The position numbers and the translations under genes are program-made. The notes below the pieces were generated by a model. It made no database searches and was not told the DNA's origin. It was given only the letters and a program-made list of their open reading frames with translations. A stretch of DNA of 63,661 bases, counting the filler, from Craspedostauros australis (Eukaryota): NCBI GenBank assembly GCA_030167865.1. It is 13 parts of 13 records of this genome, joined end to end, with 100 filler letters (N's around TTAATTAATTAA, not from the genome) between each part and the next. Parts side by side here need not be neighbours in the genome. Positions count along the whole stretch, not along the records: positions 1 to 2,720 come from JALAGF010005141.1; positions 2,821 to 6,375 come from JALAGF010005142.1; positions 6,476 to 16,246 come from JALAGF010005143.1; 10 more parts are not named here. The stretch is one strand, 5' to 3'. Below, piece after piece: positions 1 to 13,543 of the stretch; positions within the stretch are counted from its first letter, which is position 1, and each line of letters starts with the position of its first letter.

Positions 1-2048
1 GATGACAGCAGTGGCCGTGACCAGCGCCAGATCCTTGATCTCTGCGTCACCGATTCCGGAAACATCAGCACGGTTGGACGTGGATTCCATCACCAGCATG
101 TCATCACCAACGAGACCGCCGTTAGCACCTCCATCCACCAATGCGCCTTGCACAGTCACGTTCGCGTTGTTGAACTTGTACGATACGTTCGTGTGAGACA
201 GGGTGNNNNNNNNNNNNNNNNNNNNNNNNNNNNNNNNNNNNNNNNNNNNNNNNNNNNNNNNNNTGCTGTTCCAGCGGTAGAACTAGATTCGTTATTGTTA
301 CTACCTTTGTCGTTGGTCTGGGTGTCCTGTTGGTCGTTCTGGTTGGACATGGATCCACTGCGGTTGGTGTTGTTGGCGGAACGCCTAGGCTTGTCCTTCT
401 TACCACGTCCAGAGTTGGCTCGCCGGGCTTGGAGGAAGTCACTGCGTTGTTTGTCAGACAGCTTCTTGAACTCCTCACGCGGCAGCCGTTCTCGTGTCTC
501 CTTGCTGTAGTCCTTGTTGGGCTTCCAGAGATTGGGTCCGTCGTCCTTATCCTTCCCACGTTGCTTGCGCTGGTCGGTNNNNNNNNCTTGCCGTGGCGTC
601 TTTGGCTTGTTGGCGTCGTGGCCATCGAGTTGGACAGCGTACGATCGAACGAGCTCAACGAGAGTATCGAACTCCATGGTGGTCGCGGTCTTGCCAGGTG
701 AGTAGGCCAGGATAGCGGTCTGCAGGTAGTCAGTCTGGAAGATAGACTGGTACAGAGCCTTGTCGGCCTCGATGGCGTTGNNNNNNNNNNNNNNNNNNNN
801 NNNNNNNNNNNNNNNNNNNNNNNNNNNNNNTGTCTCCTTGCTGTAGTCCTTGTTGGGCTTCCAGAGATTGGGTCCGTCGTCCTTATCCTTCCCACGTTGC
901 TTGCGCTGGTCGGTATTGTTGGCTTGCCGTGGCGTCTTTGGCTTGTTGGCGTCGTGGCCATCGAGTTGGACAGCGTACGATCGAACGAGCTCAACGAGAG
1001 TATCGAACTCCATGGTGGTCGCGGTCTTGCCAGGTGAGTAGGCCAGGATAGCGGTCTGCAGGTAGTCAGTCTGGAAGATAGACTGGTACAGAGCCTTGTC
1101 GGCCTCGATGGCGTTGGTCAACCACTCCTTCTTCGTNNNNNNNNNNNNNNNNNNNNNNCGCAATGCCTCAAGTTCGTGCACCTTGTGTTGCCACAGGTCC
1201 AGGAACTGCTCACGAGTTTTGCGCCACTGCTTGTCCAGCTTGAACTTGATGATCTCGTCTCGGATGCGTTGGATGGTGTTGACGGCAGTGGCACCGGTGG
1301 TATACTCGCGAACCAACATGCAGTAGACGGCTTGGCCATCACAGATCGATTCGTACGGAGTGACACACTTCCTACTCTTCGTGGTCTGCAGGTTGGATAC
1401 AAACACGTTGAACAGGAAGGTGGACTGCACTTTGAAGAGCTCGGCTTGTTCTTCGGGTGCGACGTAGTCAACATCGAGAACATTGGAGATGCCATGAGCA
1501 GCAGCGGTGGCACGCAGACGACGATGGAATGTAGCAAAGTACTTGTCATCAGACAACTTGGGATAGTCGCTAATGTTACGTTTGATGCTGCGGTTGAAGT
1601 CTGCGGCGAGGTCGCGTCCGGTCTTCTCCGTTGGTTCGGTTTTCGTTGGTCCGAAAGGGAATGCACTGGTGGTTGCGTCAGGCATGGCGGCTGAGGATGC
1701 GGGCGATGGTGTGAATGTCCGAGCGACATACTCCATGTATGAGGCTTGATTGAGTTCACGCCATGTCTCTACAGTGGGATTAGGTTGAACACTGAACCAG
1801 CCAATGACATTTGTGAATTTCCGGATTGCTACCTTAGACAGTTGGGCTACGTAGTCGGGTTCTGGATCAGATCGTTCGATGGTGGCATTCAACTCGAGCA
1901 TGTCCTCGCGATGGAGCGAAGCGAAATCCATGATGGTTCGGATCTCTTCGGTATGCAAGATAAGCCATTCAGTAGACGAGTTGTCATATCCGAGAACGCT
2001 GAGGACGTGCGCCAGGATGGTGTCGTTGATTGGGATTGGGTTGGACAT
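1..2048 (-). mobile_element. Ty1/copia (CoDi-like) gag and start of protease
   Basis: ORF 156-2048 has a gag-like block (IKRNISDYPKLSDDKYF...AAAHGISNVLD). The minus strand at 1-205 translates to ...GALVDGGANGGLVG..., a retroelement aspartic protease-like motif. Part of gag is duplicated across an N gap. Confidence 0.75.
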
Positions 2049-2764
2049 CGTGTAGCTGGTTGTTGCGAGGAGGTGGTTGTTGGTCCGGATTTGTTGCTAT
2101 TTTATTGGACGAGTATTTTCCCGCAGCTCCCAGGAAAGTGGTCACACTTGGAAATGACTGTGTCGTCCGCTGTGATGTCGAAGCGTTCGCTGGGATGTGA
2201 CGGTGGATTTCTGCACTTGTCGGAATTCGTCGGGAATGGAAGAGGTGCCGGATGCAAAGCGCCAGTGATGGCGAAGGCGTCAGCGGTGGTGTGATGTCAC
2301 GAGTGGACTGCGGTTAATCCGTGCGCGATGTCTCCAATTGTGACTGACTGACGGATGGAAGGCCAGACGGGACCGTGTGAATTTCCCGATTGATGAATGC
2401 GAAGATGACCGTGCTTAATCCGAGGCGAAGGACGACCGGTGGAAAATGTCAACCAGGACCGTGTGAATTTCCCGTTTGGGCGATGTGTTGGCGCGCGACC
2501 CGAAGTCGGATGAATGACTGGAATAGCGAAGGAGTTGTGAACCGATGTGACGTGCCAGTGATGGTACGAACCGAAGGAATTCATAGCCAATCAGAAGGTG
2601 GACTGAGCGCAAATGGCTGTTGTTGATGGAACGATGGTTTGTTTTGTTGGTCTTGAAACGATGAAACGTCGCGGATGGATTGCGCGTTGGATGGCCCTGC
2701 CCGTTCGGATTTCGTCTCCCNNNNNNNNNNNNNNNNNNNNNNNNNNNNNNNNNNNNNNNNNNNN

Positions 2765-2776
2765 TTAATTAATTAA
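2765..2776. other. Artificial scaffold linker TTAATTAATTAA in N runs (also at 6420, 16291, 28169, 30745, 32990, 34542, 42466, 45776, 48418, 55263, 60776)
   Basis: Identical 12-mer with stops in all six frames, always flanked by about 44 N on each side; unrelated sequence on either side. Confidence 0.97.
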
Positions 2777-2820
2777 NNNNNNNNNNNNNNNNNNNNNNNN
2801 NNNNNNNNNNNNNNNNNNNN

Positions 2821-2890
2821 ACAGAGGGGGTACACAGGGGGGACAGAAGGGGTACACAGGGGGGACAGAGGGGGGACACAGGGGGGACAT
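2821..2890. repeat. G-rich ~11-bp tandem repeat (ACASAGGGGGK-like)
   Basis: About six degenerate units visible at the scaffold start. Confidence 0.7.
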
Positions 2891-3345
2891 TTTGGAGCTG
2901 ATCCAACGGTGAAGTTTTGTCTTGTCATGTCGCTTGGGTTTCGTTCCGCAGAAGCCATTCGTCACGCATCTGTGCGCATGGCAAACGGCAACCACGATCA
3001 TGGCGAATGAATCTGCCTGTGTTTACAATACTTAGTGGCACAAAACGTCCGAATGTCTATGCGACATCACATGGACACAAAGGCTTCGCATCAGCTTCCA
3101 AGGCTAGTACATAATGTAGATCACCTGTACTACACAGAAAAGTACAAGCCACATCATACATGTTTGTCATTGTCTTCACAGCATGCATTTAATTAATCCA
3201 TAAAATATAGTATCTAATGAAGGGAATAAGTGCCTGATTTAGTTGTAGATATGTGCATCATCCATCTGTTGCTCCAATTCCTTGCGTTGTGGGTCNNNNN
3301 NNNNNNNNNNNNNNNNNNNNNNNNNNNNNNNNNNNNNNNNNNNNN

Positions 3346-6300
3346 ACATTATAACAAGATCAGCGCATTGAGGGCATTCCAATGGGTATAATACCAGCTT
3401 GCAAACATCTAGATCCATCTGGAAGAGACACTGGTATCCAAATCTGTGAATCGTGTGATACTGCACGGCACGCATCACAATGTACATTCTTCTTCATATC
3501 TATGCATTCCGCAGACCGTTTGGAGCAATCCAACCAGCCATATCACTCCAATCACACTCCAAAGAGTACATACATAGAGTGTGGAGTCCTAGATCTATCA
3601 ATTAATGAATACCGCAAGGATTGGATTACCTCTCTGGCATCTGTGCCGTCTGCACTTTTCTCCTCCTCCTTTCAATTTCCCGCCATGCGGAAAGGGAGCA
3701 CGGACTCCATAGTGCGTAGTTGATATGAATATTGACGCTGAGCCTGCGGCCCTCCTTAATCCGTCAAACGCTCCCCTTGTCACTCGCGACCTGCTGCTTT
3801 TACCATATCCATCGGCTTGGTGTGCCATAGGCGGCTGGCTCTGCGAGCATTCGCGCTGCTTGCTCCAACCAGACCGCAATTTGTTGCGCCGGAGCTGTAC
3901 TTCCTGGAGCTGTTCTGACAATCCTCTCGCTGTTGGTATGGGCGTCTTTGAGGTGAAGCCGGACTGAAGCTGCTTGCTGTCTTAGAGCCTGCTCCATTTT
4001 GGCTTCGGCCAATTCCTCTTGTCGAAACAGCGTTTCATTCCGAAGCTGCCACTGCTCCCATGCGATTTCCCAAATGTGTTGAATTAAGCGTGTGGACCAC
4101 TTGTTGGCTGTTCGTTTGGTATCATGCTGACTCAGGAATGTTTCTTGCAAGATGCTCCATTCTTTGGATAGCAATCCCTTCCGCAGGGCCATGGACCCCA
4201 CAGATGCCTGACTGCTCACTGCGGATCTCATTCCTGGTCCCATGTCTGTTGGTCGCAGAAAGACAGTGCCGCTGACCTGACTACACAGAGCTGAAACCAT
4301 CGCTTGCAAGACGCCTGGGCTGGTTGTATATCGATTCATCCAGTTGCGGGTGTCAGCCACAGGCCTTGCCGCTGCTCTCACCCTGGCAGGGTCCTTGCAC
4401 TCCCAAAAGTGCGCGCTGCTCTCCTGTTCTCCACAACTGGGACATATATCAGAGCTGCACAGGCCCCACAGTTGCGTGCATTTTCCTGTCACCGCCTCTC
4501 CCGCAATGAGTTTGAATGATATAATCCTTTTGGAATGGTCGGGGCCTTGTAACTCCCCTGCAATGGCTTCCCACAGTATCTGGTTGCTGCTGCTGAACAC
4601 CTTTCGCGCCTGAAGAATACCAATCGCCTATCGACTGGCTTGCTCCCCGATACGTTGTCCTATCCTATGGACGTCAGCTTGGATTGGCAGTGGAATGACA
4701 CTCAGTCCCCTCAGATATGGCAGCCGTAAACGCACTCCTCTGACAGGGAAGCGCGCACCGCCCCTGCGAGTCGATCTGCCTCCACATTGAGGTGGGCCCA
4801 GTCATCAAGCTCTGCCCACGCCCTGACACAGTCTTGGTGCCCTTTTACGTGCCACCCTTGCTCCTTGATCGGGAGTTCATGACTTTGATTATGGACTGCT
4901 CTCTGCAGGTCTGCATCTGCGGACCCTGGGGATAAATGCCAAGCTTGGCCGAGATCCTTGAAAGAACCCACGGCATTGCACTCCGGCACAGCTTTGCCTT
5001 GGGTGACTTGGCATGCCTTGCATATCACCTCTAGCATGACAAGGACCTGTCAATGCTTGCCAGCTCCACTCGGTGCGATTGCATGACTTTGTTGGTGGCC
5101 GGTTTGCGGTGGGTTATCCACAGCCTGGCTGCTTTGTCACCATGCTTGGCGTGTATGCCCATGCCAGCTGCGCCTCTACAGGCTGTGACCGATCCGCCAC
5201 TGCACTCCACGAGCAATCCAGCTCGCATTGCTTCTGTGAATGTGAGTACGTCTCCCATGATATCATGAACCTGGATTGCCCAAGATTTGGTCTGCGACAC
5301 CTGGCCGATCAGATCGGGAAACTCCAAGCTTGGCACCTCAGATTGTGCCAGTCCCGGCCCCGAGCTCGGGACAATGATACGCCTTCTGTATTCATACCCA
5401 TTGACCACTTCCTGACCCGGTCCAACTGTTCTGTCAGCCATTGCATAGAGTTGCCGCCCTAGATCTGTCAAGGAGGGATCCAATTCTATGAATGCTGATA
5501 TCACGGATTTCTGCGTGGGACGGGCCTGTGCAGTGGGTATGGCGCTGTACAGTCTTCTGCCTATCTATGGATTTGGCAGGTCTTCTTGAGAGATGCTATC
5601 AACCGCACCACTCCAAGTAGATTGCAAAAGCTACAGCCATGAAGTTTGAAATAGTGTATCCATTTGGAAGTGATCNNNNNNNNNNNNNNNNNNNNNNNNN
5701 NNNNNNNNNNNNNNNNNNNNNNNNGTGGATCACCTGAGCGCATCTCGATACGCCTTCCTGATGCATTCACAGCATCAAGCTGCATATCCGTGCTCTATGG
5801 AGTGTGTTCAGAGTCATCGAAGCATTGGATTGGAATATGGTCGACATGCCATTGGCACATATTCTCAGAACGCTGCACAACACAATGATCACCGTTCAGC
5901 ATTGTGACATACCAGCATCTGTAGACAGCAATCCCTTCATGGCAGATCTAAGTCTTCAAACTTCACGACCACACCCATTTGAGTATATCCGAAGCAAAGC
6001 GCTTCTTCGAATCCAATAATACCGACATTGTAAGTTTGCATATGCTTAGAACGTTGTCTACCGTGATGTGTATTGTGCAGTATTGCGTGATATTAGCATC
6101 CATAGAATTGGATCCCTCCTTGACGGATCTAGGACTCCACACTCTATGTATGTACTCTTTGGAGTGTGATTGGAGTGATATGGCTGGTTGGATTGCTCCA
6201 AATGGTCTGCGGAATGCATAGATATGAAGAAGAATGTACATTGTGATGCGTGCCGTGCAGTATCACACGATTCACAGATTTGGATACCAGTGTCTCTTCC

Positions 6301-6375
6301 AGATGGATCTAGATGTTTGCAAGCTGGTATTATACCCATTGGAATGCCCTCAATGCGCTGATCTTGTTATAATGT
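3346..6375. mobile_element. Non-coding element with long (>=290 bp) inverted repeats; left arm interrupted by a LINE fragment
   Basis: 6121-6375 is the near-perfect reverse complement of 3346-3600, and 6086-6133 is the reverse complement of 5458-5505. Both outer ends run into N gaps. Confidence 0.65.
3601..5457 (-). mobile_element. 5'-truncated non-LTR retrotransposon (Ambal-like): RNase H remnants and CCHC zinc knuckle, with 13-bp TSD
   Basis: Broken ORFs show HRVELASI, WHVKGHQD, LNVEADRLA (RNase H) and CPSCGEQESSAHFWEC. Flanked by CCTAGATCTATCA (3588-3600) and CCTAGATCTGTCA (5458-5470). Confidence 0.8.
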
Positions 6376-6475
6376 NNNNNNNNNNNNNNNNNNNNNNNNN
6401 NNNNNNNNNNNNNNNNNNNTTAATTAATTAANNNNNNNNNNNNNNNNNNNNNNNNNNNNNNNNNNNNNNNNNNNN

Positions 6476-9400
6476 CCCTCGTCGCTGTTGGTGAGATGGC
6501 ACGATGCCCCCGAGTCGCCAAGCCAGGTGTTTGCCTCGTGGCGATCTGGCGCGATGGTCATCTTGCGTTCGCCGGCGTCGTACATGTCGCCAATCACCAT
6601 GGCTAGCTCATGCGCATGGTTGTACCCGTAGATGGGCAACTCGTCGAACATGTGCCCGTCACGCACGCCGTTGTTTGATGGATGATGGATCCAGAGCAGG
6701 CGATCCGCGGCCATGGCGCTCATACGCGAGATCAGATTCTTCGGGAGTGGCGGGAGACGATTCTCCTCAAGCNNNNNNNNNNNNNNNNNNNNNNNNNNNN
6801 NNNNNNNNNNNNNNNNNNNNNNGATTGCCTTGCTCGCCACGTCGTATGCGCCTATCACGCCGATGGTCATCAGCATGAAGTACACGCTCCGCACTTCCAT
6901 GCGGTTCTCGTCAATGCCTTGGTATGCCTCCATCGCGTCATAGCAGATGAGCGAGAGGTCGGAACGAACATCGTTCGCAGGCATCACGTTGGACAGCGAG
7001 CATCTCACCGCATAGGGAGGGCTGTCGCTTCCAAGGATTTGGCGGCGTTGGAGCTTCTCGGCTGGGGTCACAGGCACGTCTCCCTTTGGTCCTCCTGGGA
7101 TGAGGATCAAGAATGGGCAGAACGGGCAGTCAACACACCACGAGAACAAAGGCCCTTTGGTCAGGTACAGTGGACACCACGCGTTGTCTCTGTCGCGTCG
7201 AGACGCGGTCTCGATCAACCCGTCCAAGTAGGAGCGGATGGGGCGCACGTTGTAAATCAGCTCTGGTCGCCTTGCTGAGGCCGTTGCATGGAGGTCGATG
7301 CCGGGCATCGCGATCTCGTTGCTTTCGGTTTCGTCAGCTTCGCTCTCATCAGACGAGAACAAGTTGTCACTCATCATGCGATCCGCGTCAATTTGTGGTC
7401 CGTAATAACCGTAGTCGTTCGGGCTGCGAATCCCAACCACTTCGACCGATCCATCGTCGTTGTTGTTGTTGGTCCCGTTGTAGAACCCTGCAGCCAGGTC
7501 TCCATCGACGACCATGAGAGCCATGTCCTCCAGGAGGTTTTCGATGTTGCTCTCCGTGTCGTGGGTGCGTGTTGTCACGATTTCGTGGTCGGTGAGAATT
7601 TTGGTTTCGCTCACATTTTCGATGTTGCGCGCGATTTCTCCATCCTCAGCGATTTCGTGGCACAACTGTCGAGATGTACATGTGAGTATATGTCAAGATG
7701 TACGTGTATATGTGCATCGTTCACCCGCTATTCTCTCATACATACTTGGACGGTATAACTATACTCGTGTCGATAGTATGCTGTGATTCGTCAGAATTAC
7801 AGGGGAAATGGAACACACGAAAAGGGGCAAGATNNNNNNNNNNNNNNNNNNNNNNNNNNNNNNNNNNNNNNNNNNNNNNNNNNNNNNNNNNNNNNNNNAT
7901 GGTACCAAGAGAATCTCGAGGTACTTCCCAACTAAACCTCAGATGACGATATCATCTGACAGACTGCTGCATCACCAATGGAAGGTGACATCTGGAGAGC
8001 AGAAGGACGCCTACTGACGTCGACAGGATGTCAACATGTCACCACGTCGACAGCTATCTCCAAGTCAGAGCAGGAGGTGAAGATACGATGACCCATGAAG
8101 ATCATGGATACTGAAGGTGAACTTCAAATGGTAAGTACTCATCAAGTAGAAGCCAGTACTGAATGAACGGAGTGTCGAATGCGGAGTACGCATTGAACAC
8201 GGAGTATCGTGTAGCACGAACACACGATGTTGAAAGAGAGAGAGAGAGAATACAGAGAGGAGCGAGAGAGGATCTCGCGTACCGACTCATAGTCGGAGAC
8301 CGAATCTACGAAACAGATTGANNNNNNNNNNNNNNNNNNNNNNNNNNNNAACGGACACCGAGAGTATCGGAGTGCCAACGTAATGAAATAGCAAACGAAC
8401 GACTATCAACCAACACCATCTTCCACGATCGTAGGCTACCGTGCGCGGAACTTGCCAACACACAACATCACATTATCGACGGTGACCAGCGCGACATCGT
8501 CCATGCCGTCCATCCCGTCAGTAGCCACATTGGCTGAGTCTGCGTCTTTCATCGCTGCTTTCAACTTGAAGCATTGCAAGATCTTGTGGCCTGTCTTGCC
8601 ACAGAACTTGCACTTGCCGTTGAAGCCTCCGGCGCTGAAGTTGCCGTTGTTGCGGTTGCCGTTGCCGCGGTTGCCNTTCTTCTTGGCGCCACCGCCTTGC
8701 TTGCCGTTGCCGCTCTTTGTAGGGGAGCGACAGTCCGCCTTCTTGTGTCCGTAGATGCCACAGTTGCGACAGTTGCCCTTGAACCCGCCGATCGCAGCCA
8801 AGGCCATCTCCTCCTTGCCATGGTTGCCTCCTTCGCGCTTAGAACCATGTTTGGTATGGTGGCGGTCGTAGGTGAGGCACACGGCCTCGCGGATGTCTTC
8901 AATTGTCATCTTGTCTTCTTTGCCAGCGAACTTGAGCTCTATGAGCTTCACGTCCATCTCGTAGTCTCTCCCAAGAGCGTTGAGTACAAGCATGTTGTAT
9001 TGCTCGACGTCCATCTTCACGCCAGCATTCCCCAAACGGTTGCGGAGCACCTCCATCTCGGTGAGGAACGAATCAGGGCGCTCGCCCTTCTTCAACCGCA
9101 TTCTGTTGAGTTGAGCCAACAGCTGCGCCTTGACTGGTGCAGTACGTTGCTCGTAGATGCGCTCGAGCGCCTTCCACGCCTTGCGTGGATCACCATCTTC
9201 GTAGGTACCGCTCTTGCATCCCAGCACAGCCATGAAGGCAACATTGCCTTCCAGAGTTTCATGGTTGATAGCCATGGTCAGTTCTTCAAACGCGTACTTC
9301 GCCAACGCCTTCCGGTACTCAGCCTTCTCCGTGTAGGACATGACTGACACCTTCTTGGGTTCCCCCGTACCCGAGTCTCCACCCGTCGTCGGGGCAAGAC

Positions 9401-9647
9401 TGGATGGTCCGAGAGGTTCATCCTTCACCACCACGGCATCCGCAGCTTGGAGGTAAAAGTTCCCGTAGCCCTTGCGATCAGCGCGGGTGAGGAACTTAGC
9501 GCTCCATGCGTTCCAGTTGGACTTCTTTCCGTCGAACACGATGGGGTAACGATCGGACTTGCCAAANANGGAGCTCATGATGATGGTGGTGGTAAGGGTG
9601 ATGGCGAGTGTTGCTGTGCTGATGGTGGTAGAAACGTAGGATTTCAA
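6476..9647 (-). mobile_element. Ty1/copia gag-protease ORF interrupted by a solo LTR
   Basis: Gag with two CCHC knuckles (CRNCGIYGHKKADC, CKFCGKTGHKILQC) and protease WLGDSGASCH. Removing 7667-8460 plus one TSD copy joins ...VMLC/HEI... in frame. Confidence 0.9.
7667..8460 (+). mobile_element. Solo LTR (family C) with 6-bp TSD CACAAC
   Basis: TGT...ACA termini; CACAAC at 7661-7666 and 8461-8466; homologous copies at 34418-34497 and 60832-61564. Strand is nominal. Confidence 0.9.
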
Positions 9648-9665
9648 TCGTAACGTTTCGAAACA

Positions 9666-11124
9666 TGTTGGAAATCCGGGGTTATAGATATAGTCTAATG
9701 CTCATTAAACTGTACCGTTTTAGAACTGTGAGAACAACATACTCCTTTCTCAAATCGTCAACTCGTTTGCCCATGATGATGCTGATGGCCTCCTGTAGTT
9801 GCCCCTCATGATCATCATTGCAGTCTCTCTCTGTCATGTCCATTTCATTGCTCATGACAAGTGCATTTCACCATGCTCAGCTGTTGAGAGATCGGTCTAC
9901 ACTCCTGAGGTGCATGCATGCCAATGCTCGATTCACTCTCTTCTCATCAGACATTCATCACTCATTCAGTGCACTCTTCCGTGTTGTTCACTCACTCTTC
10001 TCACATGTTCACCAACAATCACACTTGCTCAGAACATGGNNNNNNNNNNNNNNNNNNNNNNNNNNNNNNNNNNNNNNNNNNNNNNNNNNNNNNNNNNNNN
10101 NNNNNNNNNNNNNNNNNNNNNNNNNNNNNNNNNNNNNNNNNNNNNNNNNNNNNGTGATAGCGTTTTCGCATAGATGTTTCAGGTTAACCGGTCAACCCTC
10201 ATGCTTGGAACACTTCGGTGTTCCGGTCTCCCTTTCACATCCATCATTCGCCACACCAGTTTCGTCAATCCACTCAAACCATGTCTCACGATTAGTCTGT
10301 CCGTCGTCCGTCATACTCTTGACACACAGGGGAGGAGGTCCACCATAGACTTGGGAGCGTGTCCGACTTTGATAGATCGGTCAGTCTAATTTTGGTATTA
10401 TGGGAGGTGCGGCAATCTAGGATAATACNNNNNNNNNNNNNNNNNNNNNNNNNNNNNNNNNNNNNNNNNNNNNNNNNNGGCCTCCTGTAGTTGCCCCTCA
10501 TGATCATCATTGCAGTCTCTCTCTGTCATGTCCATTTCATTGCTCATGACAAGTGCATTTCACCATGCTCAGCTGTTGAGAGATCGGTCTACACTCCTGA
10601 GGTGCATGCATGCCAATGCTCGATTCACTCTCTTCTCATCAGACATTCATCACTCATTCAGTGCACTCTTCCGTGTTGTTCACTCACTCTTCTCACATGT
10701 TCACCAACAATCACACTTGCTCAGAACATGGGGTTCTGGCACGATCAGTCCAGTCCTTCGATGCTGTTGCAGTCCGCGCTTTGTTCTCCTTCGCTGGTTC
10801 TCTGTCAGTCACGTAATCATGTTCTGGGTTCCAAGCGACTCAACTGTGATAGCGTTTTCGCATAGATGTTTCAGGTTAACCGGTCAACCCTCATGCTTGG
10901 AACACTTCGGTGTTCCGGTCTCCCTTTCACATCCATCATTCGCCACACCAGTTTCGTCAATCCACTCAAACCATGTCTCACGATTAGTCTGTCCGTCGTC
11001 CGTCATACTCTTGACACACAGGGGAGGAGGTCCACCATAGACTTGGGAGCGTGTCCGACTTTGATAGATCGGTCAGTCTAATTTTGGTATTATGGGAGGT
11101 GCGGCAATCTAGGATAATACAACA
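9666..11124 (-). mobile_element. LTR (family A), about 770 bp, largely duplicated across an N gap
   Basis: Minus strand starts TGTTGTATTATCCTAGATTGCCGCACCTCCC and ends CCCCGGATTTCCAACA; these terminal motifs are shared with 12800-13543 (both ends) and 42780-43131 (3' end). Confidence 0.75.
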
Positions 11125-12799
11125 TATTCGCACCCTCGATTCCTGACATCGATGACGTATTTGATGATACGATGCATCTCCTTTGTGGCTGCTAGAGTCG
11201 GTCCGTCTGGCACCTTGGTCAATTCTCTGACTGGGTTGGCGATGTCCGGCCGTGAGTGCTTGATGAGAAACAGCAGCATCCCCACGCCCTTCCGGTAGTT
11301 CGCGTGGTCGGCCTCGTTCACCTTCTCAAGGCCATTGGTCTCTGATGGTCGAACAATTCCTTGGTTCGGTGTACCTGGTGTGTTGTAGCATTGAAGCTTG
11401 CTCACTGCTTCACCAAACTCTGCGATCAGGTTCTTGATCAGATGCGGTTGCCGAAGGACGGCCTTGGTCTTGTCGGCGTTCAGCTCGATGTTGCAGCTGA
11501 GGTAGTCGCCAAGTCCTCGTTCGATGGTCACACCAAACTTGCTCTTCTGGATGTTGGTAAGGAAGGTCTCCATTGCTTTCTAGTCTCCGCAACAGAAGCA
11601 ATCGTCCACGTAGATGGCGACGATCACTGTTCCTTCATTGGTGGATTGGTGGAACAAGCATGGATCCGCTGGGCTCTGGTTGAATCCGATGTTCTTGAGT
11701 GTGGCGACGAGTAGCTTGTACCACTGTCACGCGCTCTGGACAAGCCCGTAGATTGGCTTCAGTAGGAGGAGTGCTTCCTCTCTGGTAATGTCCATTCCTT
11801 GTGAGCAGTTCATGTATACCTCCTCTTCCAGTTCACCATGAAGGAAGGCGCCAACGACATCGACCAGTGTGCAGTCCATCTGCTTCAGCAGCGTGACCAC
11901 CATCATAATTCGATAGGTGATGTCGTGGATCACTGGGGAGTGGTGCTCTTGGTAGTCGATTCCTCCGATCTGCGAGTATCCGCATGCCACAAGTCTGGCG
12001 CGGTACACGCCATTCCGCTTGAGCTTGAACACCCATTTGCATTTGCAGCATCGTCTGTCACGAGGGATGGCGGATCTCTTGATCTTCCTGTAGACACCCC
12101 GATCGATCATGGACTTCAGCTCTTTCTTGATTGCGGCTCTGAATCCATTTCGGTGTTCTGCGATTGGGTGGTGGTATGCTTCGTTGAACGTATTCGGTTC
12201 GGTGTATTCTGTTGGATGGTCTTCACTTGTCATACCGAATTCCGTGGTAGAGTCATTCGTGTAGACTGCGTTGTTGCCGTATAGCGCGTCGATAATTGCG
12301 CTGCCTGAGTCTAGTTGTTCCGGTGGTTCGTCTTCGGTGGTAGTTTCGTCGTTCTTGGTCTCGTCTCCCTCAGTTTCGCTCTTATCATCATCCTCCCTTC
12401 CTGCTTCGTTGTCTTCGTCATCTGAGTTTGATGTTTCAGATCTTGCATGGTCGCTATTGAACACAGAAAGGTTGCTCGAGAATTGCTTGCCTGGAATGTT
12501 GTGGCTGGTGAGTTTCTTGAGCGCGTTCCGAGTTTTCACATTCATTTCTTCTGGTGTCTTCTTCACTGGACGGGGTCCCTTCCTGCTGCGTGCTTGGTGG
12601 CGTCGCATCCGTTCAGTTCTCTTGATGTCCTGCTTCCTTGGTCTTGGCGGAGCTGTGATCGTTGGCGAGGTGTTTGCTGGTTCCTCGGCATTGTCAACTC
12701 TCAGTTGCTTTCTTGATGCAGTTGGTGTGCGGAGAATGCTTGGTGGAGCTTTGGTGCTGGCATTCTCTTCATCTGTGTTAGGAATTGAGGGTACGACTT
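11125..12799 (-). pseudogene. Ty1/copia reverse transcriptase fragment
   Basis: KWVFKLK...RARLVACGYSQ, DVVGAFLHGEL, IYGLVQSA and YVDD (11601-11612); in-frame stops; bounded by LTRs on both sides. Confidence 0.92.
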
Positions 12800-13543
12800 T
12801 GTCGGAATACCCGTGATTGCCGCACCTCCCAACATTATTCGTCACAGCTTTGAATATTATTCGTCACATGTTCGGAGACTATTTGTCACACCTTTGCATA
12901 CCATGTCATTATGACTATGACTAAGGGTACGGACGTGATTGACACCTGTACTACCGCAAGGAGGATAGCCTGTCCTCCAGTAACGCAAGGACGACACCTA
13001 TGGCGGATCAGGAGGTCCCAATACCAAGCCAACCATGGCAACCATCCAGACGACGACGTCGATCAGAACAGCAAGTCCATGGGCAAGTGACGCACCCTCT
13101 TCAGAGGACAGCACGCGCCCCTCCTGCGGACAAGAACATCTGCAGGTTTGGAACATCAGAAAAGATCAGAACAGCCGCAGGTTTGGAACATCACCAAGGC
13201 TGACATCGATCGTGGGACGATGGCGTCATGAGATCAACGACGGAAACATGAGATAGGCAAGTGCTCAGGACTGCAGATCCCTACCATGCAAGCGTAGACA
13301 GCTACAACGATGCAGAGGCAAGCAACATCAATGCCAAGACAAGGAAGCAAGAACAGAGCATGATGAATGAAGAGAGAAGCACCTAAGAGACAACACGACG
13401 CCCCGTGTCGCCACCGCGACAGATGCCTACCATGAGAAATGAAATCGGAAGAGAAAGTGAGATTGTGCTCACAGTTCTAAAACGGTACAGTTTCTAACAG
13501 CGGATTAGATTACAGTACTAACTATAACCCCGGATTTCCAACA
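12800..13543 (+). mobile_element. LTR related to family A, without matching TSD
   Basis: TGTCGG...GATTGCCGCACCTCCC start and CCCCGGATTTCCAACA end; flanks CGACTT and AATCCT differ. Confidence 0.75.

Noticed and set aside
494..1110. Apparent tandem duplications flanking 50-N gaps (also 9787-11120, 15792-16246, 16347-17220, 29480-30340, 46735-47150, 62630-63185)
   Set aside because: Near-identical overlaps on both sides of gaps are typical of unmerged contig ends or haplotypes.
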